Source of the DNA: a virus
Length of the DNA: 64,000 nt
IMG/VR virus record: IMGVR_UViG_3300021963_006848
Span: 33,039-97,038 of that record
Strand: one strand, 5' to 3'
Both the position numbers and the translations under genes were made by a program. Shown one piece after another: positions 9,620 through 17,849 of this stretch. The notes under the pieces are model-generated. The model was not told the DNA's origin and searched no databases. It worked only from the letters and a program-made list of their open reading frames with translations. Position 1 is the stretch's first letter. Every line of letters begins with the position of its first letter.

Positions 9620-10897
9620 TTAATCTATTTTTTCTAATTTTGGTAAATTTAATTTAGGGAGCATTAGCTCTATCTGTTTAGGGAACACCGGTACGTAATT
9701 TGTTAGGATCTCGTCCAAAGCTTCTTTCATCTTATCAAAGCTGAAATTAGTTCTATTTTTATACCCTAACTTCTTAGCATTAACTCGATACTTATCATAA
9801 TTTTTATACAACTCTTTCATTGCCACAATTGCATGATTATCATAAGGAAAAAACCAACTACTACCTTCAACTAAAACTTCTTCTGCTATTGAGCTTTTAT
9901 GTAGAGGTTTTAATTCTCCACCAACTAAAATCGATAACTCCTTATCAAGAAAATCTATATGTCCAGACCAAGCTGATGCGATAATAGGTTTATTTACTAA
10001 GCTAAATTCTAATAGAGGTCTGCCGAAGCCTTCTCCTTTAGTTAAGCTAACCATAGCTTTTACTTTAGCGTTATTATACAACTCATTCATTTCTTCATCT
10101 GTCAAGTCTCCATGAAGTAAGTATATATTAGGTAAAGTACCTTTAACTTCGTTTCTGATCTTTTCTATATTGTTTAAGATCTTATTTCTATCCATAATAG
10201 AAGATGTAACCATACTTACCTTTAATATAAGAGCTGGTGGATTAGGCTTATTTTTAAATGCTTCTAAGAACAATCTAACAAGCAATCCGATATTCTTTCT
10301 ATCATGACCTAATGCTCCGGGTAGCCAATGCCCTACTGCTAAAAAACAAAAGGCTTCAGGTATGTCATTTTTTAAATTAAACCTAGTAGGTAATTCTAAT
10401 GGACGGTACTTATTTGTATCTGCGCCCTCAAATAGAATCTCAATAGGTTTAGTTACTTCAATTTTCTCTCTAGTACCTCTTGCTGTATCTGTCATATCGT
10501 ACTTACTTTCTTCAAATACTAACTTAGAATGTGCTGAAGATGTTAGTACTAAGTCCATTACATTACACCCCATTACCCATTGAGGAGAAGCTAATGTAGT
10601 CTCTATACCGGCAGTTACTCCAATATTAAACTTACCTACTCTTTGAAACTCATTAGGTACAGTAATCTGAATCCAAATATCCGGTTCATAAGTTAACTGC
10701 GGTATAATAAGGCTTGCTAGGTCGTCTCGTTTATGATCATCTAAATAACCCTGTCTTGTATTCCCCCATCGTTGAGATAAGATACGTACATCGTATTTCT
10801 CTAATGCTAATAAAGCTTGTACAAAATCTCTTGCTCTAGCTCCATATCCGGAGTAGGTATCTACTGGGCAGCTTACTACAACCTTTATCTTACTCAT
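9620..10897 (-). CDS. glycosyltransferase family 4 (GT-B)
   Basis: SGYG, DRKN, GEGFGRPLLE, PIIAS.WSGH. Confidence 0.88.
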   Translation of the reverse strand: MSKIKVVVSCPVDTYSGYGARARDFVQALLALEKYDVRILSQRWGNTRQGYLDDHKRDDLASLIIPQLTYEPDIWIQITVPNEFQRVGKFNIGVTAGIETTLASPQWVMGCNVMDLVLTSSAHSKLVFEESKYDMTDTARGTREKIEVTKPIEILFEGADTNKYRPLELPTRFNLKNDIPEAFCFLAVGHWLPGALGHDRKNIGLLVRLFLEAFKNKPNPPALILKVSMVTSSIMDRNKILNNIEKIRNEVKGTLPNIYLLHGDLTDEEMNELYNNAKVKAMVSLTKGEGFGRPLLEFSLVNKPIIASAWSGHIDFLDKELSILVGGELKPLHKSSIAEEVLVEGSSWFFPYDNHAIVAMKELYKNYDKYRVNAKKLGYKNRTNFSFDKMKEALDEILTNYVPVFPKQIELMLPKLNLPKLEKID

Positions 10898-12344
10898 AAC
10901 TATATTTACTTAATTTATGTTGAATGTAATTTTTATCTAATTTGTCTACTCGGATAATATCGTACTTACCTCTAGGTGTAAACGTATTAAAAGTTTCATC
11001 TATTGCTGCAATTACGTTCTTACCCATGTTGGTAGCTGTCATCATCGCTTCATCAGATAGTACCCACTCTCGTCCAGCTGCTCCTCTCTTTACTCTTTCC
11101 TCAGGACTCATGTTATAAACTTTCTCTATTGCGAGTGCTATATCTTCTGGTGAACTTCTATCGTCAAAGATATAAGGTGTTTGTGGGGATCCTACTAACG
11201 ATAAGTTAGATGGGAAAACCGGTACAGCCCATTCTCCGCATTCTTTGATAGTACCTCTATGATTAGATGGAAAGTCTTTAGTTAATTCGACCCATTTACC
11301 ATCTTTAGAGAATCTCATCTGGTCTTGCATTCCACCGGTTACGTTAGCAATAATCATAGTACCTGTCATCATAGACTCTGTTAAGGATAATCCCCAACCT
11401 TCGTTAGCTGAAGTAAGTACTGTTACGTCTGCTAAGTTATAAAGCAGGTTCATTTGTGCTGTGTTTAATCTCTCTGCTGAGAAGAATACATTCACATAAG
11501 AAGGATCACATAAAGCTTCTTTTACTGCTGCAAGATCTGTACCGTTTTGGTCTACTACTTGAGTATGCATAACTAAAGCACATTTCTTAGCTGCTTCTTC
11601 TCCGATGTTATCACAGAAGAACCTATAAGCTAAAATTAGATCTTCTACTTTCTTTCTATGTATGTTTCGTGAATTAAAGAATACTACATATTGTATATCT
11701 TTTCCTTTAAATACCTCTTTTTTAAACTCTACAAACTTATCCCAATCTTCATAACTTTCAGTAATAGGGAAGAAGTACTTTTCATTTACTCCGTGAGGTA
11801 CGTACTTAATAACCTTATCTTCAGCTTTATCTCCTAATACAAGCTCGTTAATTAATTTTGTCTGTTTAGAGATAGCCATTAATAAATCTACCGATTCATA
11901 GTAAGGCTTGTTATACATTGGAGTAGGATAATTATCCCAGATATTCAAATAGAAAATAGGTATTTTAGACCTGATTTCTCTCTCCATATCAAACAACCAT
12001 ATCCAATATCGAGGATCTGTAAAAATAAAGATAGCATCGGGTTTTTCATCCTTTAATAATTTTCTAAGCTTAAACGGATCTCCATATCCTGTGCTTGGAT
12101 AAATTTTAACAGAAGCATCTTCTACCCCTGTTTCTTTTGAAGTATCTTCAGATAGGTCTATGATTGTACCTTCTTCTTTGTGTTGAACAGCAGCTCCAAG
12201 ATTTACCCAATTATAACGATGAGCAGTAGCTAGTACAATTTCTTTAGCCATTGTACCTACACCTGAATGTACTCTAATATCATCGCATAAAAGTAAAATC
12301 TTTTTACGCTCTTCTTTCTTCAAATAACCAATTCTTTCTTGCAT
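10890..12344 (-). CDS. glycosyltransferase family 4 (GT-B)
   Basis: SGVG, VPHG, SRNIHRK, NEGWGLSLTE. Confidence 0.88.
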   Translation of the reverse strand: MQERIGYLKKEERKKILLLCDDIRVHSGVGTMAKEIVLATAHRYNWVNLGAAVQHKEEGTIIDLSEDTSKETGVEDASVKIYPSTGYGDPFKLRKLLKDEKPDAIFIFTDPRYWIWLFDMEREIRSKIPIFYLNIWDNYPTPMYNKPYYESVDLLMAISKQTKLINELVLGDKAEDKVIKYVPHGVNEKYFFPITESYEDWDKFVEFKKEVFKGKDIQYVVFFNSRNIHRKKVEDLILAYRFFCDNIGEEAAKKCALVMHTQVVDQNGTDLAAVKEALCDPSYVNVFFSAERLNTAQMNLLYNLADVTVLTSANEGWGLSLTESMMTGTMIIANVTGGMQDQMRFSKDGKWVELTKDFPSNHRGTIKECGEWAVPVFPSNLSLVGSPQTPYIFDDRSSPEDIALAIEKVYNMSPEERVKRGAAGREWVLSDEAMMTATNMGKNVIAAIDETFNTFTPRGKYDIIRVDKLDKNYIQHKLSKYSYE

Positions 12345-12349
12345 GTAAC

Positions 12350-12538
12350 TTATTTAACTTTTGTGTCTGTTTGATCGTGAATTTTTTCTCTAAACTCCTT
12401 ATCTGTAATATAAAGAAAAATCGCTCGTGAAGCAAGCTTTTGAAAAGAAAATTTGTACTTTACACAGGTAAATTTAAACTGCTGCAATAAATCTTCTTCC
12501 AACTGAACTGTTGTTAGTTTTTTAGGACCATTACTCAT
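12350..12538 (-). CDS. small protein, possibly ribbon-helix-helix DNA binding
   Basis: 62 aa, TTVQL beta strand followed by two helices. Confidence 0.5.
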   Translation of the reverse strand: MSNGPKKLTTVQLEEDLLQQFKFTCVKYKFSFQKLASRAIFLYITDKEFREKIHDQTDTKVK

Positions 12539-12580
12539 AACTTATAGTATTATATACATATATAAATATATAGAAAATAC

Positions 12581-13513
12581 CTAAACACCTTGTGGGCATA
12601 TAGGATTATTTCTGAAAACGCAAAATCTACAACTACTCTCAGATGGAGTAGCTTGAAAATCTTTATCAAAAAAGTTTCCAGCTTCGTCTAATGTCTCTTT
12701 GACAAACTTAGTCATCATAGCAACAGCTTCACCTCTTTTTATTTTACCAGATGGTGGTTTGAATTCTTGGATACGTCTTTGCATCGAAGCAAACTCAGCT
12801 TCCATTGGAACTTTTCTTTTTAAAATATAATAGACAACTTCAATCTTATCAATATCGATATCAAATTGCTTAGCAAAGAACTCTTTATACAAGAGTACTT
12901 GAGCAATCTTAGTATTATCTTTCTTTACATAATCTGACCAACCTGAAGTAGATGTCTTTAAATCTATAATATACCACTTGTCTACTGTTTCGTTATATAA
13001 AACAATATCGATTAATCCTTTGAAAAATACACCAGGTCTTAACTCTTGATATAGTAAAGTTTCTATACCTGCTAGATAAGTATTCTTATTAGAAAAATAT
13101 AAGACTCTCTTCTTCTTTAAAAAATCAAGAATATGAATTCCATCTAAGTAAAATAGATTCATCTCATTCTGATCTGAAAAATGCTCATGACTATACATTA
13201 CTTTCTGAGCTTTGTAGGCTTTCACCATATTCTCTTGAAGTAGACTATGTAGGTCCATTTCATTAGCTTTCTTTATAGTATCATTATAAAGTACATCTAA
13301 CCAGGACTGTATAGTTTCATGCATAGCTGTACCAAATACAGCATGTATAGAAGGTTTGTAAGGTGCTAAATTTTTAACATAAGTTAAATACCATTGCTTT
13401 GGACATGTTTCAAAACTTGATAATTGACTATAGGAGATATGTTTATTAGCCCTAGTTTGTTTTATTTTACTTTCCTGTACTAGCTTGACTAGTTGTGGTA
13501 TTTTCTTGGGCAT
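12581..13513 (-). CDS. PD-(D/E)XK nuclease, RecB/Cas4-like with Fe-S cysteines
   Basis: SYSQL..F.TCP, FGTAMH, GLID...IIDLKT, C-terminal CRFC...C. Confidence 0.85.
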   Translation of the reverse strand: MPKKIPQLVKLVQESKIKQTRANKHISYSQLSSFETCPKQWYLTYVKNLAPYKPSIHAVFGTAMHETIQSWLDVLYNDTIKKANEMDLHSLLQENMVKAYKAQKVMYSHEHFSDQNEMNLFYLDGIHILDFLKKKRVLYFSNKNTYLAGIETLLYQELRPGVFFKGLIDIVLYNETVDKWYIIDLKTSTSGWSDYVKKDNTKIAQVLLYKEFFAKQFDIDIDKIEVVYYILKRKVPMEAEFASMQRRIQEFKPPSGKIKRGEAVAMMTKFVKETLDEAGNFFDKDFQATPSESSCRFCVFRNNPICPQGV

Positions 13514-13685
13514 AACCTTTTAATTTTTCTACGTAAACCGCAGCGTCTAATAATTCTTCCTGTAAATGTGTTAACCAGTCTAAAAAGTTGAGATCATCTC
13601 TCTCCATCGTTACACCGTACTTCCGGAAGCCTACATCAGCCCTCTCTAATAATCTCTTGGCAATAGCCTCTTCTATTTTGCTCAT
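13467..13685 (-). CDS. small phage protein, possibly MazG-like helical
   Basis: KYG...WL.HLQEELLDAAVY motif. Confidence 0.6.
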   Translation of the reverse strand: MSKIEEAIAKRLLERADVGFRKYGVTMERDDLNFLDWLTHLQEELLDAAVYVEKLKGYAQENTTTSQASTGK

Positions 13686-13709
13686 TATATAACTTTTATT
13701 TATTCTTTA

Positions 13710-13740
13710 AAGATATGAAAAATTACGCAGGGTAACAACT
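13710..13740 (-). promoter_or_regulatory. Bacteroidota-type promoter (AGTTG-N16-TTCGTAnnTT class)
   Basis: One of ~12 intergenic copies with the same 31-nt span. Confidence 0.75.
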
Positions 13741-13745
13741 TTACT

Positions 13746-14933
13746 TTATAGGTACCTAATCGTATTGTCTTCGTCTGGTTTTATATTCTTAGACACCCAA
13801 CCTTCTTTCCCGTTAGAATACTGTACTCTCATTCTGGAAGGAGTCTTCTGTAAAATCTTAACTATTTTTATTTGCTCAGGATGATCTTTGATTTCCTTTC
13901 CGGATTCATCTACGATCTTCCAGTCATCTTCTAATAGCTTCTCTTCTTCTAATCTGATAGGTTCTTCTTGGATCTCTCCTTGTATCTTACTCTCTTTATA
14001 CCTTTGTGCTGCTTCTTGCAATGCTTCGTTAGGTTTAAAGATCTCATCATCATCTAAACCATCAGCTATTGTAGCATCCCATTCTTTCATCTCTTCATGA
14101 TAAGCTTTCTCTTCATACAAGGTCTCTTTTGGTTTTAACTGAGCAAATGCAAAATTAGCTGCAATTACTAGTGAGATTGCTAGAGGGTCGAATACGAATA
14201 TGATAATAAGGAGTAGATAGTTAACGATTTGGTCCATAGGAGCTCCGGTAAGTCCGGAAATATACTTCAAAGGTCCTAATTCAGCAGCTATATCACTACC
14301 TGTTTTTACTTCTATAATTTGATTATCTAACTCAAAAATTTTAGTATTGATATCATCAAGCTTTATATTAAGAGCTTCTTGTCTAGTATTAGAAGCATCT
14401 AATTGTCTTTCTAAAGACTTTCTATCAGCAGAACTACTTGACTGTATTAAGTTACCTTTCTTATCTACATAACTAGTTTTGTTATTAGCTAGCCCTGATT
14501 GAAGATTAGTCATACTAGTTACTAACCCTTCTTTCTCTTTTACAAGCAAGTCTCTTTGACCTATGTAATTAGTTCTTTTAGTTTCTAATAGAGTAACTTG
14601 TGCGTCTACAGTACCAGCTCTATTAGCTGTTTCTTGGTATGCACCAGATAAAAACCCATAAATACCCATTGATGTAATCAACATAAGTACTATGGTTGCA
14701 ATTGAGAGATAAGCTCTAAGTACCTTATTTAAAGTATCCCAATACTGGTACAATAGAGATGCTATTACTAATTTAGCAACTTCTAAAGAAGAAGCCATAA
14801 TAATAACTTGCAAAGAAGCTCCAGCAAAAAGCTTACCGAGACCTGATACTGAATAAAAGGCCGCCGATAAGCTTACTGATAATGCTGAAAATGCAATAAT
14901 GAAGGGGAATATACCTTTACGTAACTTTTCCAT
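13746..14933 (-). CDS. membrane protein with long coiled coil
   Basis: Three N-terminal TM helices, coiled coil, TM helix IIFVFDPLAI, acidic tail. Confidence 0.75.
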   Translation of the reverse strand: MEKLRKGIFPFIIAFSALSVSLSAAFYSVSGLGKLFAGASLQVIIMASSLEVAKLVIASLLYQYWDTLNKVLRAYLSIATIVLMLITSMGIYGFLSGAYQETANRAGTVDAQVTLLETKRTNYIGQRDLLVKEKEGLVTSMTNLQSGLANNKTSYVDKKGNLIQSSSSADRKSLERQLDASNTRQEALNIKLDDINTKIFELDNQIIEVKTGSDIAAELGPLKYISGLTGAPMDQIVNYLLLIIIFVFDPLAISLVIAANFAFAQLKPKETLYEEKAYHEEMKEWDATIADGLDDDEIFKPNEALQEAAQRYKESKIQGEIQEEPIRLEEEKLLEDDWKIVDESGKEIKDHPEQIKIVKILQKTPSRMRVQYSNGKEGWVSKNIKPDEDNTIRYL

Positions 14934-14939
14934 TTATTT

Positions 14940-15350
14940 TTATTTAACCAACAACAGCAAAGTAGACACGATAGCTACTCCAGATCCAATCTTGTAGAAA
15001 AATACTCGTGTATTAGCTGCTTTTAAAGCTCTTTCTAAATCCTTAGAAAGCTGTTGTTGTAGTTTAAACTGCTCATCTTTTCTAAGAATAATCTCATTAA
15101 GATTCACAATTTTACTTGATTGCGTTACTATAATACTATCTTTAAGAGCTACCTTTTGTTCAGTAGCTGCTAAAGTTTGATGTAGGTTAGTGATCTCTAC
15201 TTGAGAACCATCACCCTTAATCAGATCCTTAATTACGAGACGTGCTATCGGCTTGCGCAGTTGTATCGCTGATGAGTCCTTTGTAACGTTCTGTGAAAAA
15301 ACGCTCAAGCTCGTCATCAGTATAAGAATCGACAGAGTTAACTTTTTCAT
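14940..15350 (-). CDS. exported coiled-coil protein with C-terminal hydrophobic segment, spanin-like partner
   Basis: Signal peptide ending VFS/Q, coiled coil, hydrophobic C-terminus; overlaps the next gene by 122 nt. Confidence 0.55.
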   Translation of the reverse strand: MKKLTLSILILMTSLSVFSQNVTKDSSAIQLRKPIARLVIKDLIKGDGSQVEITNLHQTLAATEQKVALKDSIIVTQSSKIVNLNEIILRKDEQFKLQQQLSKDLERALKAANTRVFFYKIGSGVAIVSTLLLLVK

Positions 15351-15612
15351 TTGTTTCTTGTTTAATTAATACTAATTTGTCTTTTAAGCTCTGAATTTTA
15401 TCGTCCTGAATTGATACTTCAGTTTCGTATTCAGCAATTTGATCATCTAGTTTGCCGTTCTCAACATATATAGAATCTACTGTATGTTGAAGAGAGTCGA
15501 TCTTAACCTCATATCCTTTAACATCTACCTTTATAGGTGCTTGTACAAAGAACAGGATATAAGCAGCCAAGACCGCTATGATCCCTATTAAGATAATATT
15601 TGTTTTCTTCAT
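15229..15612 (-). CDS. putative i-spanin-like protein
   Basis: N-terminal TM helix plus coiled coil; directly downstream of the endolysin. Confidence 0.55.
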   Translation of the reverse strand: MKKTNIILIGIIAVLAAYILFFVQAPIKVDVKGYEVKIDSLQHTVDSIYVENGKLDDQIAEYETEVSIQDDKIQSLKDKLVLIKQETNEKVNSVDSYTDDELERFFTERYKGLISDTTAQADSTSRN

Positions 15613-15627
15613 TTTTTACCTTTTAAT

Positions 15628-15658
15628 AATTTACGAAAAAATGCTCAGACGAGCAACT
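15628..15658 (-). promoter_or_regulatory. Bacteroidota-type promoter
   Basis: AGTTG-N16-TTCGTAAATT. Confidence 0.75.
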
Positions 15659-15663
15659 TTTTC

Positions 15664-16278
15664 TTATGCTTTAACGTATCCGTAGTACTTTAACGTTTTA
15701 GCTTTTCTATCCTCTAATCCATGAGTACCACCGTTAACTCTTTTTGTAAGAGCTAAAATAGCAGCTTCGTTTACACCTTGATCACAAATAGACCATAATT
15801 TATTCTTATCGAAAAAGAATAAAGCTGATTCAAATGAATAGTCAGTAGCAACTAAATCTGGATTAGTTAAGATCTCAGGTTTGTTGATATGCTTAGAAAA
15901 TTGAGTGTAGTTGTCTTTACCAGTCAATTGGATTGCTCCACGACCACGGAACTTCCAACCATCACCTGATGCTTCATCACCATTACCCATACGAGAAGCA
16001 TAAACGCGGTTAGCGATTTTCTCTGGTTGGCGAGCATAAGATTCTTCTAAGTTACCTGGGAAATACTTTCCAAAGATACCCTGTAAGCCTTGAGCTGAAT
16101 AGTTCAAGTTTTCATTGTATACTTTAAAGTCACCTGTCTCATGTCCTGTTTGAGCAAAGAAGTGTGCTGCTCTTTCCGGAGTAAGATTGTAAAATTTCAT
16201 TGCTGCTTTCATAGTACCTGGACCGAAAGCTCCATCAGCTGTTAAGCCTAATTTGGTTTGTAGTGCTTTTAAACTCAT
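15664..16278 (-). CDS. endolysin, glycoside hydrolase family 19 with short peptidoglycan-binding N-terminus
   Basis: LQ..LG..ADG.FGPGT; FAQTGHETG, FRGRGAIQLTG..NY, VNGG..GL.DR. Confidence 0.9.
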   Translation of the reverse strand: MSLKALQTKLGLTADGAFGPGTMKAAMKFYNLTPERAAHFFAQTGHETGDFKVYNENLNYSAQGLQGIFGKYFPGNLEESYARQPEKIANRVYASRMGNGDEASGDGWKFRGRGAIQLTGKDNYTQFSKHINKPEILTNPDLVATDYSFESALFFFDKNKLWSICDQGVNEAAILALTKRVNGGTHGLEDRKAKTLKYYGYVKA

Positions 16279-16296
16279 TTTAGTTCTATTTTATAA

Positions 16297-16539
16297 TTAT
16301 TCTTCGTTATTTTCTGCTTTTTTACCAAAGATTTTACCAACTTCTGCAATACCGAATGCACCTAATGTGATGTATACGAATGAATTGAAGATGATAGGTT
16401 CAATTACTAATGGGTTACCTAAAAAACCTGTTACGATGTCTGCTGCTGCGAATACTACCATTACTGCGAATGATGCAAATCCAACGATTGATTTTTCGTT
16501 GTAATCATTACTGTCTTTGAAAATGTCTTTAAATGCCAT
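16297..16539 (-). CDS. putative holin
   Basis: 80 aa, two TM helices, charged C-terminus, immediately upstream of the endolysin. Confidence 0.6.
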   Translation of the reverse strand: MAFKDIFKDSNDYNEKSIVGFASFAVMVVFAAADIVTGFLGNPLVIEPIIFNSFVYITLGAFGIAEVGKIFGKKAENNEE

Positions 16540-16620
16540 AGCTTTTAATTTTAAGTTTTAAGTTAAGCTACAACCATGCACTCTAATGCTTTTACGCAAC
16601 TCTTTGTTATAAATAGGCCA

Positions 16621-16654
16621 AAAAGAAAAGGAGCACGAAATTAATCGTACTCCT
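16621..16654 (-). terminator. intrinsic terminator
   Basis: AGGAGTACGA-TTAATT-TCGTGCTCCT followed by TTTCTTTT on the minus strand. Confidence 0.75.
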
Positions 16655-16709
16655 CTCTATATGACCGGGCCTTGCTCCTACCCTCCTCCCGGTCAAGCTT
16701 TTAAAAAAT

Positions 16710-16934
16710 CTACTTGCTGAGTTCTTGTACTTCTTGTGGTAGGAATTCAACATTAACATGGCCGCAGGCCGTGCAAGCAAAAACCGGAATCGGTACATAA
16801 GATGGTACCCCAGTTCCTGTTAATAACCCAGATGCTTTTCTAAGATGAAGGACTTGATTGAAAAAATGTCCCCCGCATTCGTCGCATAAAACCGGGCTTG
16901 TTTGGTCGATACCAATATTTAATTTTTGTTCCAT
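16710..16934 (-). CDS. small zinc-finger protein
   Basis: CDECG...CTACGH. Confidence 0.75.
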   Translation of the reverse strand: MEQKLNIGIDQTSPVLCDECGGHFFNQVLHLRKASGLLTGTGVPSYVPIPVFACTACGHVNVEFLPQEVQELSK

Positions 16935-16936
16935 TA

Positions 16937-17188
16937 TTAACGTGGTTGTTTGTAGTATTCACCTTTGATAGGTCCTTCTGTTGCAGAAGCAGTTTCCTTC
17001 TTCTTACGTGGCGCGGATTTTTTCTTAGGTTTAGCAGCTTTTTCAACTTCGGCTTGTGCCTCTGCTTGAACTTCTTTAGCTCCTTCTACGATGTTAGCAA
17101 TTGTTTCGGCGGTATTTTTTGCCGAAGTCTTCAAGTAAATAAACCCACCGATTAATACGATGGCAGCGAAAATTACAATAATTGTCAT
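16937..17188 (-). CDS. small membrane-anchored Lys/Ala-rich protein
   Basis: N-terminal TM helix, KPKKKSAPRKKK. Confidence 0.65.
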   Translation of the reverse strand: MTIIVIFAAIVLIGGFIYLKTSAKNTAETIANIVEGAKEVQAEAQAEVEKAAKPKKKSAPRKKKETASATEGPIKGEYYKQPR

Positions 17189-17227
17189 GGTTTTTGAATT
17201 GATTGTTTATATAAATAGTTTAATTGT

Positions 17228-17725
17228 TTAAAATTTAGGTACCGGAGTAGGCTTGATCCTATACTTGTCATCCATGTGTAAGAAGAACTTATGCAAGTCC
17301 CCATCCCAATTCAACATCTCATCCTCTACCTGCTCCTTTGTTACTCTATAGTTTCTTGTAAACTCTCTAATCAACTCTTCCAACTTCTTATTCTCCTCCT
17401 TCTCGTGATCTTCAAGTAATCTCTTCCGTCTTGCTCTCATCAAAGATGACTCCTCCACCCACTTGGCGTAATCTGGTGACATCTTCTCCCACATCTCATT
17501 TAGGTTATGCTCGCACAATTCGGCTTGATACTTCCAATGAGGGTAATCGTAGTCTCCGTTCTTAATCCTATCTCCTAAGAATGCTCTCGAGGATAAGGGC
17601 TTATTAACTGATTCATACATTCTCCACCACGTAAAAGGATTATAATTCAATTTTCGTAATCCTTTAAGCTTTGTATTGAGGAGCTGCTCACGGGTGTGAA
17701 CGGGGTTATACATCTGCTGTTTCAT
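17228..17725 (-). CDS. hypothetical protein
   Basis: 165-aa ORF with promoter motif at 17732-17762. Confidence 0.75.
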   Translation of the reverse strand: MKQQMYNPVHTREQLLNTKLKGLRKLNYNPFTWWRMYESVNKPLSSRAFLGDRIKNGDYDYPHWKYQAELCEHNLNEMWEKMSPDYAKWVEESSLMRARRKRLLEDHEKEENKKLEELIREFTRNYRVTKEQVEDEMLNWDGDLHKFFLHMDDKYRIKPTPVPKF

Positions 17726-17731
17726 ATAATA

Positions 17732-17762
17732 AAGATACGAAATAAAATGATAAGATACAACT
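17732..17762 (-). promoter_or_regulatory. Bacteroidota-type promoter, near-leaderless transcript
   Basis: AGTTG-N16-TTCGTATCTT ending 6 nt before the ATG. Confidence 0.75.
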
Positions 17763-17771
17763 ACTAAATTT

Positions 17772-17847
17772 CCGGAGACATCTCCATATTCGCGCGGGAC
17801 ACCTTCGGTGAAGAGAGGGACAGACGCCCCCCTGCTTCCCCCTCCGG
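17772..17847 (-). other. GC-rich multibranch structured element downstream of groEL
   Basis: CCGGAG/CTCCGG outer stem with two inner hairpins. Confidence 0.45.
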
Positions 17848-17849
17848 TT

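Noticed and set aside
12581-13513. Cas4-like nuclease as evidence of CRISPR-Cas
   Set aside because: No cas1, cas2 or array is present; solo RecB/Cas4-like nucleases are common in phages
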